Positions 17,582 through 26,773 of a stretch of 63,109 nt of DNA are shown one piece after another (the stretch's first letter is position 1; each line of letters begins with the position of its first letter). The notes under the pieces were generated by a model. It had not been told where the DNA came from. It saw nothing but the letters and a program-made list of their open reading frames with translations, and did no database searches. The DNA lies in NCBI GenBank assembly GCA_964353635.1, contig CAYGVS010000002.1, positions 1 through 63,109 on the forward strand, in the 5' to 3' direction. The translations under genes were made by a program, and so were the position numbers. The DNA comes from an uncultured archaeon. Its GTDB lineage: Archaea; Aenigmatarchaeota; Aenigmatarchaeia; QMZP01.

Positions 17582-18010
17582 TTAAGAAGGTTCTTCTTGC
17601 TCTATTATGTGAAAAGTCCTACTTCTTTCCCCCATTCCAAATTTATAAGAGCCTGAGGGATATTCGCCCAGCATCTCAAATTGGTATCTTGACAGAACGG
17701 GTTCCATATCCTTGCCTTCAACCAGCGAGATCCAGATTTCATCTTTTATTGAGGATTTTTCTAAGACCCTTCTTGGAGAATTGTCGTCCACATTAATAAA
17801 AGCATCGCCTTCAAGCAGGTTTAGGTTATCGGTGGGATATAACGCGAAAACAATTCCTTTAAGCGGATCCATTCGTGCAACTCTGACGATTTTTCCATCC
17901 TTAACGAACCTCAAATAAAGGATATCATCCCGATTAAAGCACGGACCTAAGCCGGAATCGGCCAGGCTTTTTGGAAGGTAGAATTTATTCATAATTAGAT
18001 ATTTATGCAA
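17582..18010 (-). CDS. hypothetical cytoplasmic protein (last gene downstream of locus 2)
   Basis: 142-aa ORF 33 nt downstream of the LamG-like gene. No recognisable motif. Confidence 0.5.
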   Translation of the reverse strand: MHKYLIMNKFYLPKSLADSGLGPCFNRDDILYLRFVKDGKIVRVARMDPLKGIVFALYPTDNLNLLEGDAFINVDDNSPRRVLEKSSIKDEIWISLVEGKDMEPVLSRYQFEMLGEYPSGSYKFGMGERSRTFHIIEQEEPS

Positions 18011-18043
18011 AGAATTAAAAGTATAACCTACACCAGGCCAGCG

Positions 18044-19552
18044 CTACTTGTATATGTATCCCATGGTCATCACTATCTCAACAGGCTGGAACATGTCCTG
18101 GTCATAGGTCTTGTAATAAGCTGTTTTCACGGGTACATTCATTATACTGTTCTCCACTATGTCATATTCCTCGCTGGCAGCCCATACGACTAGCGCTTTC
18201 AGCATAGTCTGCACTTCAGTGGAAAGGCTTCCCGACGGAGCAAGCCAGGCCGTTCTGCCCTGCACTCCTGCATATTTGTTTGCGATGCATGCAGACCTCA
18301 TGACATCCTTCTGGATAAGCACTGAGCTTCTTGAGTCGCTCACTGGTTCTATCTTTTCATTTGCAATAAGGCCTGTGAAGTTATGCGGCCTGGCAAAGGT
18401 GACCCTTATGTTGTCGAACCTCGCCTGCCCGTACTCCACATCAAGACCTATCTGGCTGCTTGGCGGGATACTACTGAGCGTCTGGCTGGCCAGGACAAGG
18501 ATGCCATTAAGGTAGACCTTTATGCTCTGGTTATACGTCACGATGTCGACCTTGTACCACGTCCCGTTGTTTATTGTATAGCTTTTCATGCCTCTGCTTT
18601 GGGAGCCTTCAGAAACGCTGACCCTGTCAGCATCCACGTCAAGGTTTATCCTTACAGAGCTAGCCGTCACATTGTACATGATGAAGGTCACATTGTGCTG
18701 AAGACCTCCTTCGGTCATGAAGAGGCCGCTCAATGAGTAAGGGCCGTCAATGAGCTGGGAGTAGATGGTTACAGACTCGTTACCGTCGCCTGTTGTGTTC
18801 ATCCCAACATAGTTCTGGCTGTTGACGCTCCATCCTCCCGTTCCTGTAACCTTGTTCCATCTGTTATCCCCATTGCTGAAATCATCATAGGCAAGAGGGA
18901 TGCTGTGGAAGATGTTATAGATGCTGTAATAAGGACTCGAGCTTTGTTTCGAACCGAACTCTTCCTGGGAAGCGCTCAATGACAGAGCGCTGTTCCATTT
19001 CAGGCCGAAGAAATCCTGCTGCACGAGGTCTATTTCGGAAGCGTCAAGATTCCTGATCTCAACCAATCCCTTCCCTGCCCCAAGATACTGGTAGATTTGA
19101 GTGTAGTTGTTGGTCATGTTGTAGTCAAAGGCAATCACAACATCGTTATTATGGGGGAATGAGATGAAGCCAGGATCTATCTGGTTTATGCTGAAATCGA
19201 CCCTCTGGCCGTTTATCACGAACGGCTGGAGTATAGAGCTCATTGTTGCGGTCTCAGTGTCGTTGCATATGCAGCCGACCTCTATCCTGGGCACGATGAC
19301 GTTCCTTAACTTCAGCGAGTAGAGAGTGTTTGCAGTTGTCAGATTCATAAGGGACCTTTGAACCTCTGTGGAATTGAACCAGTTAATCCCTTTCTTGTCA
19401 AGGGTAAACAATATATCATTGGCCTGCGTCCAGAGCCTGACACTCTCCCAGTCCATCTGCTGAGTCGGGATACTGAAGAATTGGAAAAAAAGAAAGAAGG
19501 CTACCAAGCTGACGATTACAATCTCAACTATATGTAGGAAGCCCTTCCGCAT
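18044..19552 (-). CDS. large pilin-like protein with concanavalin/LamG-like lectin domain
   Basis: MRKG|FLHIVEIVIVSLVAFFLFF is a class III-like signal. The C-terminal segment (WNKVTGTGGWSVNSQNY...WYKVDIVTYNQSIKVYLNG) is LamG/ConA-like. Many N-x-S/T sequons. The ATG is at 19552. Confidence 0.6.
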   Translation of the reverse strand: MRKGFLHIVEIVIVSLVAFFLFFQFFSIPTQQMDWESVRLWTQANDILFTLDKKGINWFNSTEVQRSLMNLTTANTLYSLKLRNVIVPRIEVGCICNDTETATMSSILQPFVINGQRVDFSINQIDPGFISFPHNNDVVIAFDYNMTNNYTQIYQYLGAGKGLVEIRNLDASEIDLVQQDFFGLKWNSALSLSASQEEFGSKQSSSPYYSIYNIFHSIPLAYDDFSNGDNRWNKVTGTGGWSVNSQNYVGMNTTGDGNESVTIYSQLIDGPYSLSGLFMTEGGLQHNVTFIMYNVTASSVRINLDVDADRVSVSEGSQSRGMKSYTINNGTWYKVDIVTYNQSIKVYLNGILVLASQTLSSIPPSSQIGLDVEYGQARFDNIRVTFARPHNFTGLIANEKIEPVSDSRSSVLIQKDVMRSACIANKYAGVQGRTAWLAPSGSLSTEVQTMLKALVVWAASEEYDIVENSIMNVPVKTAYYKTYDQDMFQPVEIVMTMGYIYK

Positions 19553-19600
19553 GATAAAGATATTGGAAACCAGCAATAAATAGCATTGCCTGCTGTAGAA

Positions 19601-21163
19601 CTATTTTCTCTTGGCCTTAGGCTTGTGCTGCTGCCTTGAGGCCTTAGGCTGCTGGGACCTCGAGGATCCAGTGATTTCCGTCTCAATGGTCTTGATAAGC
19701 TCCTCCCTGTTCTTATAATACTCTGAAACAACCCGGCCTACTTCATGAAGGTCCTTGACCTTGTTCTTGACGAGCCACTTCAGGACCTTCTTCTTGTCAT
19801 CAACATCCCTCTTTATGTCATCATCGCTCATCCCTGAATAGAGCTTTATGTCATTAATTACCCTGTAGGACTTAGCCAGCTCCACAATGGTATCATCGGA
19901 CGCTATCCACCTGAAGATGACGTTGAGCTCTATCCCCATCTGCTTCACCCCAGCCGTGGGTATGAGCTCTGCCACCTCAAGTACCCTCCTTATCCCTCTC
20001 CTTCTGTCCCTATGCATCACCACTATCATCTGAAGGCTTCCAAGGAGCGCCACAGGTATGTCTATAGGAGGGTTGATCAGCCTTCTGAAGGTCTCGTCCG
20101 CAGTGTTGGCGTGAAGGGTTGAATAAACAGAGTGCCCGGTGTTTATGGCTTCGAAAAGCACCTGGGCCTCCTTGCCCCTCCTTATCTCCCCCACTATTAT
20201 CCTGTCCGGCCTCATCCTGAGCGCATTGATCATAAGCTGGAGCATCGTCACCTCTCCCATGCCTTCAGGGTTGGGGGGTCTTGTGGTCATCGGCACCCAG
20301 TGAAGGTACTTCGGGAGCTGTATCTCTCTCGTGTCTTCTATCGAGATGATTCTCTGATTGGGCTGGATGAAGCATGTGAGCGCATTAAGAAGCGAGGTCT
20401 TTCCGGAAGCTGTTCCGCCAGCCACAACAATATTAAGCTCGTATTGAATGGCGAGCCAGAGGAAGGCGGCCACATCCAAGGATAGGGTCCCGCTTTCAAT
20501 GAAATCCGTTATGGTCCACGGCCTCCTGGCGAACTTCCTTATGGTCAAGGTGTTCCCACCCGAGCTTATTGGAAAGAGCGTGGCGTTGGCCCTGTCACCT
20601 GTGGTGAGATAAGCGTCCATGAGAGGGTTGAGGTTGGTTATCTGGGTTCCCACCCTCCTGCCGATGGCAGCGGAATAATTGTAAATCTGCGTTTCGCTTG
20701 GAATGGTTATGTTTGTCTTCAGCCAGCCGAGCCTCAGGTGATACACCCAAATCGGCGTCTTGGAGTCGTTTATGACTATCTCCTCAAGGTTCTTGTCCTG
20801 CAGGAGTATCTCCATGGGTCCAAGGCCCAGGGAGTTCTGTATAAGGATCCCGACAAGAATCTTCTGGTTCTTCTCGGACAGGCTGGGTAAGTCCTTCTTG
20901 ACCAGCTTGAGCGCTTTTTCAGCGAATTCCGCCTTCAGCTCATTCAGCTCCTTGGCGCTCAGAATCTCCTCCGGCTCTATTGACAGTTCTGTTATGAGCT
21001 TCTCCCTTATGGAGTCAAGCGCTGCCCTTGTTGCAATCTCTAGTTCAGGGAATATCAGCTGGTATATGGGAACGAACTCCAGCGGGTCGTGCAGCACCTT
21101 CACGGTTGCAGGGACATTATCCACAACCAGGTCATATGATTCAATGACTTCTTCCTTCTTCAT
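19601..21163 (-). CDS. FlaI/PilB/VirB11-family secretion ATPase (ATPase 2)
   Basis: Walker A GGTASGKTS, then SIEDTREI, VGEIRRGKEA and YSTLHA motifs. Confidence 0.9.
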   Translation of the reverse strand: MKKEEVIESYDLVVDNVPATVKVLHDPLEFVPIYQLIFPELEIATRAALDSIREKLITELSIEPEEILSAKELNELKAEFAEKALKLVKKDLPSLSEKNQKILVGILIQNSLGLGPMEILLQDKNLEEIVINDSKTPIWVYHLRLGWLKTNITIPSETQIYNYSAAIGRRVGTQITNLNPLMDAYLTTGDRANATLFPISSGGNTLTIRKFARRPWTITDFIESGTLSLDVAAFLWLAIQYELNIVVAGGTASGKTSLLNALTCFIQPNQRIISIEDTREIQLPKYLHWVPMTTRPPNPEGMGEVTMLQLMINALRMRPDRIIVGEIRRGKEAQVLFEAINTGHSVYSTLHANTADETFRRLINPPIDIPVALLGSLQMIVVMHRDRRRGIRRVLEVAELIPTAGVKQMGIELNVIFRWIASDDTIVELAKSYRVINDIKLYSGMSDDDIKRDVDDKKKVLKWLVKNKVKDLHEVGRVVSEYYKNREELIKTIETEITGSSRSQQPKASRQQHKPKAKRK

Positions 21164-21173
21164 ACATATCCTG

Positions 21174-21767
21174 CTATTTCTTGACCACTTTCTTTGAAAT
21201 CTTCCTTCTCATCCCAGCCACAGCCCAAACCAGCGCCACCACAATCGCAACAAGGATTATTATGTTAAGCGGCCATGGCAGGAAAGAGAACAGGGAGAAT
21301 ATCCTCCCTAAAATCATGCTTATCTGTAATCGGATGCCTGCAGTGAACGAGTTGCTCACGACCATCACGTAACCCAGCAAGACCATCAGCCCTCCTATCA
21401 GGGCTATCAGCAACTTTGGTGCTTTCTTGCCAGGCTTCCTTACAGGCTTCCATTCAGTCTCTTTCAAAGGCTTTTGCTTTTCGGAAAATATTATGACAGG
21501 GCTGCCGAATAGGGGATAATGCACCTTGGCGAGCTTGTGATCCTCTATTATCTTCGCCCAGGAGGCTATCTGCTCCCCGGTTACATCGAATTCCTTTTGG
21601 GCTTCAGGGAAGGTCATCCTCTTCTTGCTCTTTATTGCATTGAAGAACCTGTCAAGATTGGTCTCGATGTAAAGGGATTTCTCTCCATCCCTTTTCCATT
21701 TGACATCCATATCCCTGAAAAGGTCATTCTCAGGCTCCGGCATCTTTTCCTTCTTAGGCATCTCCAA
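21174..21767 (-). CDS. membrane protein with cytoplasmic wHTH-like N-domain (locus 2 accessory)
   Basis: 197 aa: a soluble N-terminal ~110 aa, a Lys-rich linker, then 2-3 TM segments. Ends 10 nt before the ATPase start. Confidence 0.5.
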   Translation of the reverse strand: MEMPKKEKMPEPENDLFRDMDVKWKRDGEKSLYIETNLDRFFNAIKSKKRMTFPEAQKEFDVTGEQIASWAKIIEDHKLAKVHYPLFGSPVIIFSEKQKPLKETEWKPVRKPGKKAPKLLIALIGGLMVLLGYVMVVSNSFTAGIRLQISMILGRIFSLFSFLPWPLNIIILVAIVVALVWAVAGMRRKISKKVVKK

Positions 21768-21826
21768 CCAGCTTATTAAATAATGTATTACCCTCTATAT
21801 TATTGTTGCTCCTACCAGATTAATTT

Positions 21827-22585
21827 TTAATATGAAAGCACTTCAACGTAGTTGAAAAGCTCTCCAGTGCATGAGGATTTTGTGAGATTATCGATTGGCA
21901 TCTCCGAAAGCGGGACATTGCAGACCATTGATGTTCCGATAATGGACGCCGGTATGCCTGGGGGCAGGTTGACTGCGTTCAGCACCTCAAAATATATCCT
22001 GCAAATCTCAGGCAGCCTGGTTACCCTTATGTATGCCGTCCAGTATCCGTAAGGATTGAGCTTGAACTCTGTGCTGACGATTTCTGAGTTTATACAGTTG
22101 TCAAGATAAGTCAGCGCGGCATCTTTGCATTCACTGTCATCCATGCTGCAGCTTATTTTGGGCAGCTGGAATATGTTCCCCACGCCGCCTGCCTGGCCTT
22201 CGAAAGGAACTGCATAGTCATAGAGCGAGCCTGGGCATGCCGTCGCTGAGGCGTTCCCAATCTCTGAGAGGCTGTAATTGCACGTAAGGTTGCGGCCTAT
22301 AAGATAGGAATCCTCATCTCTTGGGGCGTCCAGCACCTGCTCTGTGCGCACGCACCTGTCACCTTCCATGGTTATGTTAATCATCATGCGTATGCCATCC
22401 CTGCCTACTATTATGAAGGAAGATGGTGCGCATTGGTCCTTTTTTACTTCCAGGTCATTCATGCATGATGTGTCATTGGCATCGCAGGTGACGGTTATCA
22501 CCGGGGCGATATGGGCGGAATACGCAAGCAGCGCTGCAAAAAAAGCAGCGGCCAATCCAGCAACAACAGCCTTTTTCATTCTCAT
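21827..22585 (-). CDS. secreted Cys-rich protein made of two ~105-aa 6-Cys repeats
   Basis: Sec signal MRMKKAVVAGLAAAFFAALLAYSA. The two halves align (TCNYSLSEIGNASATACPGSLYDY versus VCNVPLSEMPIDNLTKSSCTGELFNY). Confidence 0.6.
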   Translation of the reverse strand: MRMKKAVVAGLAAAFFAALLAYSAHIAPVITVTCDANDTSCMNDLEVKKDQCAPSSFIIVGRDGIRMMINITMEGDRCVRTEQVLDAPRDEDSYLIGRNLTCNYSLSEIGNASATACPGSLYDYAVPFEGQAGGVGNIFQLPKISCSMDDSECKDAALTYLDNCINSEIVSTEFKLNPYGYWTAYIRVTRLPEICRIYFEVLNAVNLPPGIPASIIGTSMVCNVPLSEMPIDNLTKSSCTGELFNYVEVLSY

Positions 22586-22608
22586 GATATTCTCACACCC
22601 TCTTTAAT

Positions 22609-23820
22609 CTAACACACCACATAGCTTAGCTCCATGAGGTTATATGCTGAAGCCTCTTCCGGCCGTATCCTAAGCCACCCAGGCGCCCATCTAACTTTAC
22701 TGCATCCCAGATAGCTCTGGTTTGAAAAGAAAAGATAGTCTGTTCTGGTCTGGTTAGGCTTGCTTGGGATCCCTATCTCATCCATAACAAAGCTCTCAAG
22801 GCCCATTCCATCCGGCGATTCAGACAGGTCGCCTTCCAGCCTCTGCAGGAAGTTCGGGCCTCTCCCCTTGTAATAATATCCCATTTCCTCTTCAATGACA
22901 GGCATGAGCCATGCGCTTGATGTGACGCTATCTATGTAAACGGTCTGATTCTCTGGAATATTTTGCAAGGCGTTTGCAGCCCCTGATACGAAGCACAAAA
23001 CGCCCCTGGAGCCAAGATCCTCGGCATCCTCCTCAACCACCCCCTCAAAGCCCTGCACCGTCGCGTCAGAAATCCCGGACGCATTGCTGATTATAAGGAT
23101 TTTGCTTGCATGATTCGGGTCTGCAGGATCATAGGTAGAGTTGCCGGAGCAGTTCCCGATATTCATCGAGCCCTGCGTTTTCTTCGTGAAATATGCGAAC
23201 GGATATGCATCAATTACCTTCTTGACGTATCCTGTTGTGCTCAAAGGGAATATCGGGTCCTCGAGCCCCTCCACGGACACAAGGACTTCCTTTCTCAGGG
23301 TCTTGTCTATCCTTGATATGTTAAGGCTGTCAGAGACGTTCACGGTCAGCAGCATTGAAACCTTAAGGTTTATGCCGTCATAGTTCTCCACCCTTACGTC
23401 AGAGAAGTTTGATTCCACACTGAACTGGTGATTCTGGGAGAGCATCCTGGACCTCCATTGTTCCAGGGTGTTGTTTGCCATGAGAACGCTTGGGCTGCCG
23501 TAGAGGCTGGCATTTGTTATCAGCTCATGTATCCTCAATGTCGAATTGTCAAGATAAGTCCCATCAATCGTGACCTTGTTAACTGCTGATAGGAGAGCTC
23601 TTTTGGCTATGATCTTCAGCGCCCTTGAAAAGTCGTTCTCTATCTGCTTTTCCACCTGGTGCTGCTGATCCGAGATGACCTTATCCTTCACGCCGAACCT
23701 GATGTTCTGGCTTTCCGTGACGTACACCAGGAGGAAAAGGACCAGCGGTATTATCGCCACTACCATTATTATGGAATACATCTGGCCTTTTTTCCAGTTT
23801 GGCTCAGCGGGCTTTTTCAT
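22609..23820 (-). CDS. large pilin-like protein (403 aa)
   Basis: MKKPAEPNWKKGQ|MYSIIMVVAIIPLVLFLLVYV is a class III-like signal. The ATG at 23820 overlaps the upstream stop as ATGA. Confidence 0.6.
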   Translation of the reverse strand: MKKPAEPNWKKGQMYSIIMVVAIIPLVLFLLVYVTESQNIRFGVKDKVISDQQHQVEKQIENDFSRALKIIAKRALLSAVNKVTIDGTYLDNSTLRIHELITNASLYGSPSVLMANNTLEQWRSRMLSQNHQFSVESNFSDVRVENYDGINLKVSMLLTVNVSDSLNISRIDKTLRKEVLVSVEGLEDPIFPLSTTGYVKKVIDAYPFAYFTKKTQGSMNIGNCSGNSTYDPADPNHASKILIISNASGISDATVQGFEGVVEEDAEDLGSRGVLCFVSGAANALQNIPENQTVYIDSVTSSAWLMPVIEEEMGYYYKGRGPNFLQRLEGDLSESPDGMGLESFVMDEIGIPSKPNQTRTDYLFFSNQSYLGCSKVRWAPGWLRIRPEEASAYNLMELSYVVC

Positions 23821-26654
23821 GACCATATCCTTATCTCCATTTCCGCAGGCCCCCAAAGGCTCGGTATGCCTGATGCGGTCACTGTATCGAACTGGACATT
23901 AGATGTTATCTGAAGATCAACAGGGTTGGTTTGGTTAATGCCGTCATACGGGTTTTCCAGACTTCCGTTTCCATATGAAGACGGGCTGAGATCGTATATG
24001 AAGTTCATCACATCCATCAGCCGCATGAAGGAATCATCAACGGAATCGTTTTGCGGATCGAAGATGTCTGAGGGATCCGGGCCGTATGACACGTCTGAAT
24101 ACCCGTCATAATTGTTGTCGCCGTCCCAATCGTAATAAATCCTCACGCTCGCCCCTTTTGCCTTGGGGAAGACATCGCTGTATCCCTCCAGGAATATACC
24201 GTCCACCTTAAGCGTGTACACAACCCTGTCATCAGGCGAAGCGCCTTTTCCCTCAGTGGAATTAAGCCCTGTGCCTATCTTCACCGAGTTGTTTCCGACT
24301 CCGACATAGGAAACAGGAATGTTTACGATGAACGGATCGCCAAGCGAAATGTAATCCAATTCATAGTCCCCGAGCCAGAAAATCCTCATCCAGTCTGAAG
24401 TAACTGAGCTGTTAACATAAAGCCTGTCAGTCCAGAAATTCGACGAATAGGACGTTATCTTGGCATCCACAACCTCCATGTTCTCAGGTATGTAGTACCA
24501 AGCCTCCTTGGTTTTGGTCGCAGGGTCTGTTATGTTACCCGGCCCGCTTATGTTGCTTATCTTCTGCGTCTCGAAGGTCAGCTCAACCTCTCCGTATCCT
24601 GCAGGCTTAATGGATGAGGAGTAGTCCAGCCTGATATACGAATCCTTGAAGAGAGCGGTGGTGTTCGAGATGCCGCTCACCTCTATCGTCTGCGCCACAT
24701 AGCTTGCGTTGACGACTTCCCTGGCTATTTCCCTGAAGGTTTGCGCCAGCTCCGTCACGTTGCTGTAGTAGTATTTCCCGCCTCCACAAACCGCCGTTCT
24801 GCTCAGCGTTCCATTGTCTACATCTGCTTCTGTCTCGCCAAATCCAATTGTATAGACTGTAATGTTATACACAGTATATGCTTCGCAGGCCGCCTTGATT
24901 GTATCGTCTTTTGCGTCTATGTCAGAGTCGCCATCTATGTCAGAGTTTGCGTTGTTGCACCTGACGTTCGCCTCCCCATCAGTCATTATCACAACACTCT
25001 TCCTTCTTGACTGGCTGCTGAGGTCCCTTGTCATGTTGGCGGCCCTGATTATCCCGCAGCATATGCATGTGTTGCCTCCTGATGTATAGCCTTCTATGCT
25101 TGAATTCAGAAGAGTCTTGTTGGTGGTGAGGTTCACATAGCTGTTTACAGCGGTCGAATAGGAAACGAGGCCCACCCTATTTCCTGGATAGCTGTCATTA
25201 AGGACTATGCCGACGAACTCCTTGTCAGCACCCTTCGCAACATCAAGCTTCGTCATGTTGCATACATCCTTGTCATACACATAATAGTTTGAATACGTTC
25301 CGCATCCACATGTCCCGCATACAGGAGTGGAGCAGCCGAGAGTGGCGTTGAAGGCGCATTCCATATAGGAGTTGTAGCAGAAAATGAACCGCTTCCTGCA
25401 GTCATAGTGGCAGTATGGGGCTTTGCCCCAAATGGCGCAATCATTCATGCTCCCCGAAACATCTGTCACAACTACCGAGTCCCCTATCCCCAGTCCCGAG
25501 CTTACATAGGAAACGTTGACGAGACCCACTCGATACGGCACGGTTTTGTTGCTCATGAAGGAATAATCAAGAAGGCCTGAAAGATACGAGCTGTCCAAGT
25601 CCACAGTCTCTCCTCCAGAGGAGTTGCCTTCGTATACAGTTATGTTGCCAATGGTCATGAAAACGGTGTAATTGCTCCTGAAATGGAGATGAGCTGAGAT
25701 GTTCTTCAGGCTCCCGGGCACATAGAAGGAGGAATAGATGTTTATCAGGCCGTCTATCCCCGGAAGGTACTCTGTCTTTGTGGCATTTTCCCCGTAAGCC
25801 TCCCCTGAATCAGTCAGCTGCGATGTATTGTAGGTAATCTTCAGATATCCACCCCCAATGTACATGCTCTGGTTTGAAGTGAAGTTGATCTGGATGGTGT
25901 TGTTGCCCATAACAAAATACTGCAGGTAGCCGTTTGATATCGCCCAGCTGTCAGCGCGCATGTCACCGATGAAATTCCTTCCATAATCGCCGGAATAGTT
26001 GCCGTTTATGTAAAGGGAGAAGTTATTCCCTGTGCTCATCTCCATGCTGGAGGACACTATGTTGTCGAATTCAGGAAGGGTGAAGTCAGCGCTTATGTTC
26101 CCGTCTCCTATGTAGCCGCCAAAGTAGACATAATAGGTGGATATCCTGTTTGCCTTGCTCAGCCGTGTCCTAGCAGAATAGCCGGATACAGGCTTCCCTG
26201 TCTCATATCCTGACACGATAAGCGATAGCTTTGCCAGGAAGCTCGCTTCTGTTGTGTTCTTCACAAATATATTCTGCCCATCTATCATCAGCTGATAATC
26301 AAGCCCAGAGCCATTGAGAATGCGCGAGAACGTGAGGTTGGCAAGATTACCTGCCTCTGTCATGTTTCCTTCAGCCCAGAAGGAGCCGATGGCATCAAGT
26401 ATGGTTTTGTCCATGTCTTCTTCGGTTATCACCCCGCTGCTCAGATAGCCTTGCACGAGCGGGCTGTCCCCTACGGAGCTTAGCTTTGCCTGTTCTAAAA
26501 CATTGATCAAATCCTTAGCTGAATAGTAAAGCCTTTGGTATTTCAGCTCCGGAGAGGAATAGCTAAAAGAGAGAGCTGAAAGGAAAAGGGCGAGTGTAAA
26601 GACAAGCCCTAGGACTATTATTGCATCCAGGGAGAAGACAAAGCCTCTTTTCAT
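23817..26654 (-). CDS. giant pilin-like adhesin with a vWA domain (945 aa)
   Basis: MKRG|FVFSLDAIIVLGLVFTLALFL. The vWA MIDAS motif DVSGSM sits at nt ~25443-25469, followed by ...RVGLVSYS...GGNT...VVIMTDGEAN. Very many N-x-S/T sequons. The track's start at 26657 is TTG; the ATG is at 26654, with a TATA-like ATTATATAGG ~25 nt upstream. Confidence 0.75.
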   Translation of the reverse strand: MKRGFVFSLDAIIVLGLVFTLALFLSALSFSYSSPELKYQRLYYSAKDLINVLEQAKLSSVGDSPLVQGYLSSGVITEEDMDKTILDAIGSFWAEGNMTEAGNLANLTFSRILNGSGLDYQLMIDGQNIFVKNTTEASFLAKLSLIVSGYETGKPVSGYSARTRLSKANRISTYYVYFGGYIGDGNISADFTLPEFDNIVSSSMEMSTGNNFSLYINGNYSGDYGRNFIGDMRADSWAISNGYLQYFVMGNNTIQINFTSNQSMYIGGGYLKITYNTSQLTDSGEAYGENATKTEYLPGIDGLINIYSSFYVPGSLKNISAHLHFRSNYTVFMTIGNITVYEGNSSGGETVDLDSSYLSGLLDYSFMSNKTVPYRVGLVNVSYVSSGLGIGDSVVVTDVSGSMNDCAIWGKAPYCHYDCRKRFIFCYNSYMECAFNATLGCSTPVCGTCGCGTYSNYYVYDKDVCNMTKLDVAKGADKEFVGIVLNDSYPGNRVGLVSYSTAVNSYVNLTTNKTLLNSSIEGYTSGGNTCICCGIIRAANMTRDLSSQSRRKSVVIMTDGEANVRCNNANSDIDGDSDIDAKDDTIKAACEAYTVYNITVYTIGFGETEADVDNGTLSRTAVCGGGKYYYSNVTELAQTFREIAREVVNASYVAQTIEVSGISNTTALFKDSYIRLDYSSSIKPAGYGEVELTFETQKISNISGPGNITDPATKTKEAWYYIPENMEVVDAKITSYSSNFWTDRLYVNSSVTSDWMRIFWLGDYELDYISLGDPFIVNIPVSYVGVGNNSVKIGTGLNSTEGKGASPDDRVVYTLKVDGIFLEGYSDVFPKAKGASVRIYYDWDGDNNYDGYSDVSYGPDPSDIFDPQNDSVDDSFMRLMDVMNFIYDLSPSSYGNGSLENPYDGINQTNPVDLQITSNVQFDTVTASGIPSLWGPAEMEIRIWS

Positions 26655-26773
26655 CAATATTATTTTGTTAATCCTATATAATATGTAGTGGGAACGTAAT
26701 TGCCAGGGATTGCCTTGAAGGGATTAAAGGAGAAAATCAATACAATGGGTGGGAAAATCCCATTCGCTGTTTT

